DNA of 20,000 nucleotides from an uncultured virus (IMG/VR IMGVR_UViG_3300001765_000045) (lineage: Duplodnaviria; Heunggongvirae; Uroviricota; Caudoviricetes). The stretch lies in IMG/VR virus record IMGVR_UViG_3300001765_000045; one strand, 5' to 3'. The position numbers and the translations under genes are program-made. Below the pieces are notes generated by a model. The model was not told the origin of the DNA. It searched no databases and saw nothing but the letters and a program-made list of their open reading frames with translations. The stretch's first letter is position 1. Every line of letters starts with the position of its first letter. Positions 17,445 through 20,000 of the stretch are shown here, in pieces.

Positions 17445-18254
17445 ATGGCTAAGAGAAATCGTTTATATACCACACCCAACATGACATTACAGGAAGAAAC
17501 AGATATGGAAAAAACACAGAATGATAGCGTTCAAGAAAATGCTGTAACTGAAATAGTTAGTCAACCGGTTATTAAAGCACCAGTTCAACCAGTTGTTAAA
17601 GCACCAGTTCAACCGGTTATTAATGCAATAACTCAACCAGTTATTGAAATACCTGTTCAACAAGAAAAGGAAATTGTTCAACGGGAGAATACTCCTCCTG
17701 TAGATAAAATGGTAACTGAAATAGAACATGTTAAACAAATTAACCCTATTGCTAAACAAGCTCCTGTTCAAAGTAAAGTAGTAAGTAACACTAATGAATA
17801 TGATATTGTCATTAATTCAGCTTTAAACAGTGTAGATCAACAAACAGCATCCATTAATAGTTTTTTAGATAATTATGTTAAAAGTATGTCAGCCGGTATG
17901 CCTATCGATAGTAAAAAAGGCGGTACTAATCAGTTTAATTTATATAGTACTATTGTTCAAATTACCGGACAGGATAAGTACGATGACTTTAAACGCAACT
18001 TGGTTCTATTACTCGCATATATGCGGAAATATGAAACAACGTGTTTCTCTGAACGTTTGATTTTCCGTTTTGCTGAAGAGTGGCCCAGTAGTACTGACAA
18101 ATTAACCCATTTCCACGCTACTCTTAATTTATTTAAGATTATTGCTAATCCAAAAGAACGACCTGTTAATAAATACGTGAATTTAGAACGTACATTTAAC
18201 ACAGGTTTTAGTGAAATAGCTAAAGATAATATCACTAAATTTATAGAGCGTTAA
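17445..18254 (+). CDS. Hypothetical protein: low-complexity Pro/Val/Gln N-terminal linker plus globular C-domain
   Basis: 269-aa ORF with QPVxKAPV repeats; the true start may be a downstream ATG. Confidence 0.7.
   Translation: MAKRNRLYTTPNMTLQEETDMEKTQNDSVQENAVTEIVSQPVIKAPVQPVVKAPVQPVINAITQPVIEIPVQQEKEIVQRENTPPVDKMVTEIEHVKQINPIAKQAPVQSKVVSNTNEYDIVINSALNSVDQQTASINSFLDNYVKSMSAGMPIDSKKGGTNQFNLYSTIVQITGQDKYDDFKRNLVLLLAYMRKYETTCFSERLIFRFAEEWPSSTDKLTHFHATLNLFKIIANPKERPVNKYVNLERTFNTGFSEIAKDNITKFIER
17562..17621 (+). repeat. 24-bp in-frame tandem repeat (2.5 copies)
   Basis: CAACCGGTTATTAAAGCACCAGTT / CAACCAGTTGTTAAAGCACCAGTT / CAACCGGTTATT. Confidence 0.9.
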
Positions 18255-18272
18255 ACTTTATAAATATAGTGC

Positions 18273-18394
18273 TAATATAATGGGTGTATAAAACCCGTTA
18301 TAAAAATATACTTGTTATATAAATATATGAAAGACTTAATTTTTAATTTAATTATAGTTAATCATTGTTAATATAATGGGTGTATAAAACCCGT
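18273..18394 (+). promoter_or_regulatory. Duplicated 26-bp element (TATAAT plus small hairpin) upstream of 18435
   Basis: TAATATAATGGGTGTATAAAACCCGT at 18273-18298 and 18369-18394. Confidence 0.55.
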
Positions 18395-18434
18395 AGTAAC
18401 TTTTCTATTTTTCCTATTTGCAAAGAGGTGAAAC

Positions 18435-18998
18435 ATGGCTGTTCAAATGAAGGTTCATAAAGTTAATGCTCTTCCTGGTACCCTAGAGCCGTCGACCATG
18501 TATATGGTCAAGTCCGGCGTTACTGGACTGATGGACATTTACGTATCGTCTAATGATGGTACTGAAGCTCGTCATATCATTTCCCGTAGCGAAATTCAAG
18601 CTATGGTTAATGAATCTGTAGCCTCCACCAGCCACATTTATGTTGTTGCTGATATAGCTGCTCGTAACGCATTGGCTCCTGAAGTTGTTACCCAAGCACT
18701 TGTTATTGATGCTACCGGTGACACGTCTGTTATAGCTGGTGCAGCTACTTACGTTTTTGATCCTGCTCTAACCACTTGGACCAAGATCTCTGAACATGAA
18801 TCTATGGATGTTGTGCTCACATGGGCCAGTATCCAGAATCGTCCGAACTCTACCGTTGTTGAAATTGATGATGCAGTTGGTAAGCGTCACGTTCACGCTA
18901 ACTCTGTCCTATTGGACAAAGTCGGTGAAGATGCTAATGGCCTCATGACCTACAATGGCGCCAGCTTGCACGCTTACCTATCTAGCGATCAGTGGTAA
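18435..18998 (+). CDS. Putative virion structural protein, probably highly expressed
   Basis: GAGGTG RBS, distinct codon usage (CGT, ACC, GGC), own terminator. The VVADIAARNAL...VIDATGD..V..GAATY pattern recalls phage structural proteins (from memory). Confidence 0.6.
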   Translation: MAVQMKVHKVNALPGTLEPSTMYMVKSGVTGLMDIYVSSNDGTEARHIISRSEIQAMVNESVASTSHIYVVADIAARNALAPEVVTQALVIDATGDTSVIAGAATYVFDPALTTWTKISEHESMDVVLTWASIQNRPNSTVVEIDDAVGKRHVHANSVLLDKVGEDANGLMTYNGASLHAYLSSDQW

Positions 18999-19030
18999 TC
19001 TGAATTAAGCATTAATCGGGTCACTGAGAG

Positions 19031-19066
19031 AACCGCTAGAACCTTTATTGGTTCTAGCGGTTTTTT
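19031..19066 (+). terminator. Intrinsic terminator
   Basis: AACCGCTAGAACC(19031-19043)/GGTTCTAGCGGTT(19050-19062) running into a T-tract. Confidence 0.85.
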
Positions 19067-19253
19067 AATACCGTGAGTATATATTAAAAAACTAATTAAA
19101 TTCTAATGAATTGGTACAATCTAAAATACGATATATGTATTTAGTATTTTCAAGAATAGCTTATTAACTAAGGTATTCTAGTCACCATGTAACTTAACCT
19201 TTAAAGGACAGGAATTTATTTTTGTTTTAATATATAAAAATATAATTTCTGAG

Positions 19254-19667
19254 ATGACAATGGCTATAATAGGCGAAAAGCTAACAAAATTTCTTGTAAG
19301 TAAGTTTAATGAAGAATACCAAGCTACACATCAATTCACTGAGTTTATTTTAACACAAATCCCTCTTAATGAAGATCATCAATTCGCTTTTGAAGCTACA
19401 GCAAATTTATATAATGCAGTCATACGTTTCAGAGTTTATTTTAATATAAATCAAGCAACTTCATTATTAACATTTAAGTTAAATTCATTAGATGATATAA
19501 TTCCAACAGAAGATTATTGTTTTACTACTAAAGGAACTATAAGTGCAGATGTATTAACAGATAATGGTAATTATAAAGAAATAAAATTATATAGAGGGAC
19601 AGGACATATAGATCCTACTAATGTTTGTGTTAGCATTAGAATGATGTTAGGATTGGAAGAATGGTGA
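19254..19667 (+). CDS. Hypothetical protein
   Basis: 137-aa ORF with no recognisable motif and a weak RBS. Confidence 0.55.
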   Translation: MTMAIIGEKLTKFLVSKFNEEYQATHQFTEFILTQIPLNEDHQFAFEATANLYNAVIRFRVYFNINQATSLLTFKLNSLDDIIPTEDYCFTTKGTISADVLTDNGNYKEIKLYRGTGHIDPTNVCVSIRMMLGLEEW

Positions 19668-19681
19668 AAAAAACATAAAAA

Positions 19682-19719
19682 TACCATACAGTCCCTAGTT
19701 AACTAGGGACTGTATGGTA
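19682..19719. terminator. 38-bp perfect palindrome, probable terminator
   Basis: TACCATACAGTCCCTAGTT|AACTAGGGACTGTATGGTA. Confidence 0.6.
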
Positions 19720-19781
19720 CTTAACGAACATAAAAATAACTTTGATAGAATGGGTTAATAGTGTCTACATTTTAAACACAA

Positions 19782-19812
19782 AGGAATGAACATGGGTTAT
19801 AGCAATTGGAGT
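19782..19812 (+). repeat. 31-bp invariant cassette leader, copy C
   Basis: Identical to copies A and B. Confidence 0.95.
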
Positions 19813-20000
19813 AATACTAACACCTTCACTACTAAGACTAGCTATGTTATATCTAGTGAAGAAGCTAAATTAGTAGCTAGTGATAAAGCAGCTACTGATT
19901 ATTTTGGACACTCTGTAAGTATCAATGCAGATGGTACTAAAGTAGTTATAGGTGCATATCTTGCTGATCCTGATGGTACTAGTACTGCAGGTGCAGCTTA
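19786..20000 (+). CDS. FG-GAP repeat protein (copy 4, MNMGYSNWS leader), truncated by the window end
   Basis: Manual translation: MNMGYSNWSNTNTFTTKTSYVISSEEAKLVASDKAATDYFGHSVSINADGTKVVIGAYLADPDGTSTAGAA. Absent from the ORF track because there is no stop in the window. Confidence 0.85.
   Translation, partial: MNMGYSNWSNTNTFTTKTSYVISSEEAKLVASDKAATDYFGHSVSINADGTKVVIGAYLADPDGTSTAGAA

Noticed and set aside
14882..18695. Short ORFs 14882-15172, 17231-17482, 17487-17771, 17875-18060, 17957-18235 and 18483-18695
   Set aside because: All overlap longer, better-supported genes on the opposite strand or in another frame.
8572..19812. 31-bp repeats as a CRISPR array or DGR template/variable repeats
   Set aside because: Copies are kilobases apart and protein-coding; no cas or reverse transcriptase gene in the window; differences between paralogues are not adenine-specific.

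Overview
This very AT-rich window most likely comes from a phiKZ-like (Chimalliviridae-type) jumbo phage of a Gram-negative host. Support: a PhuZ-type tubulin, a stand-alone C-terminal RNA polymerase beta-prime fragment, a phage RuvC, an i-/o-spanin pair, an SLT lytic transglycosylase and two SLOG/DprA-like proteins. Genes run on the minus strand up to 8.6 kb and on the plus strand after 9.5 kb, separated by a palindrome-rich non-coding switch region. Three things stand out. (1) Four dispersed FG-GAP beta-propeller genes; three start with an identical 31-bp sequence encoding MNMGYSNWS, which resembles the end of a fibronectin-III domain. This suggests a library of exchangeable adhesin/receptor-binding cassettes. 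(2) A ~500-nt, highly structured non-coding RNA candidate on the minus strand at 36-535, with its own -10 box and a closing hairpin. (3) A candidate replication origin at the strand switch with long palindromes and a G-quadruplex-compatible tract. Family assignments come from motif recognition by eye; no database searches were run.
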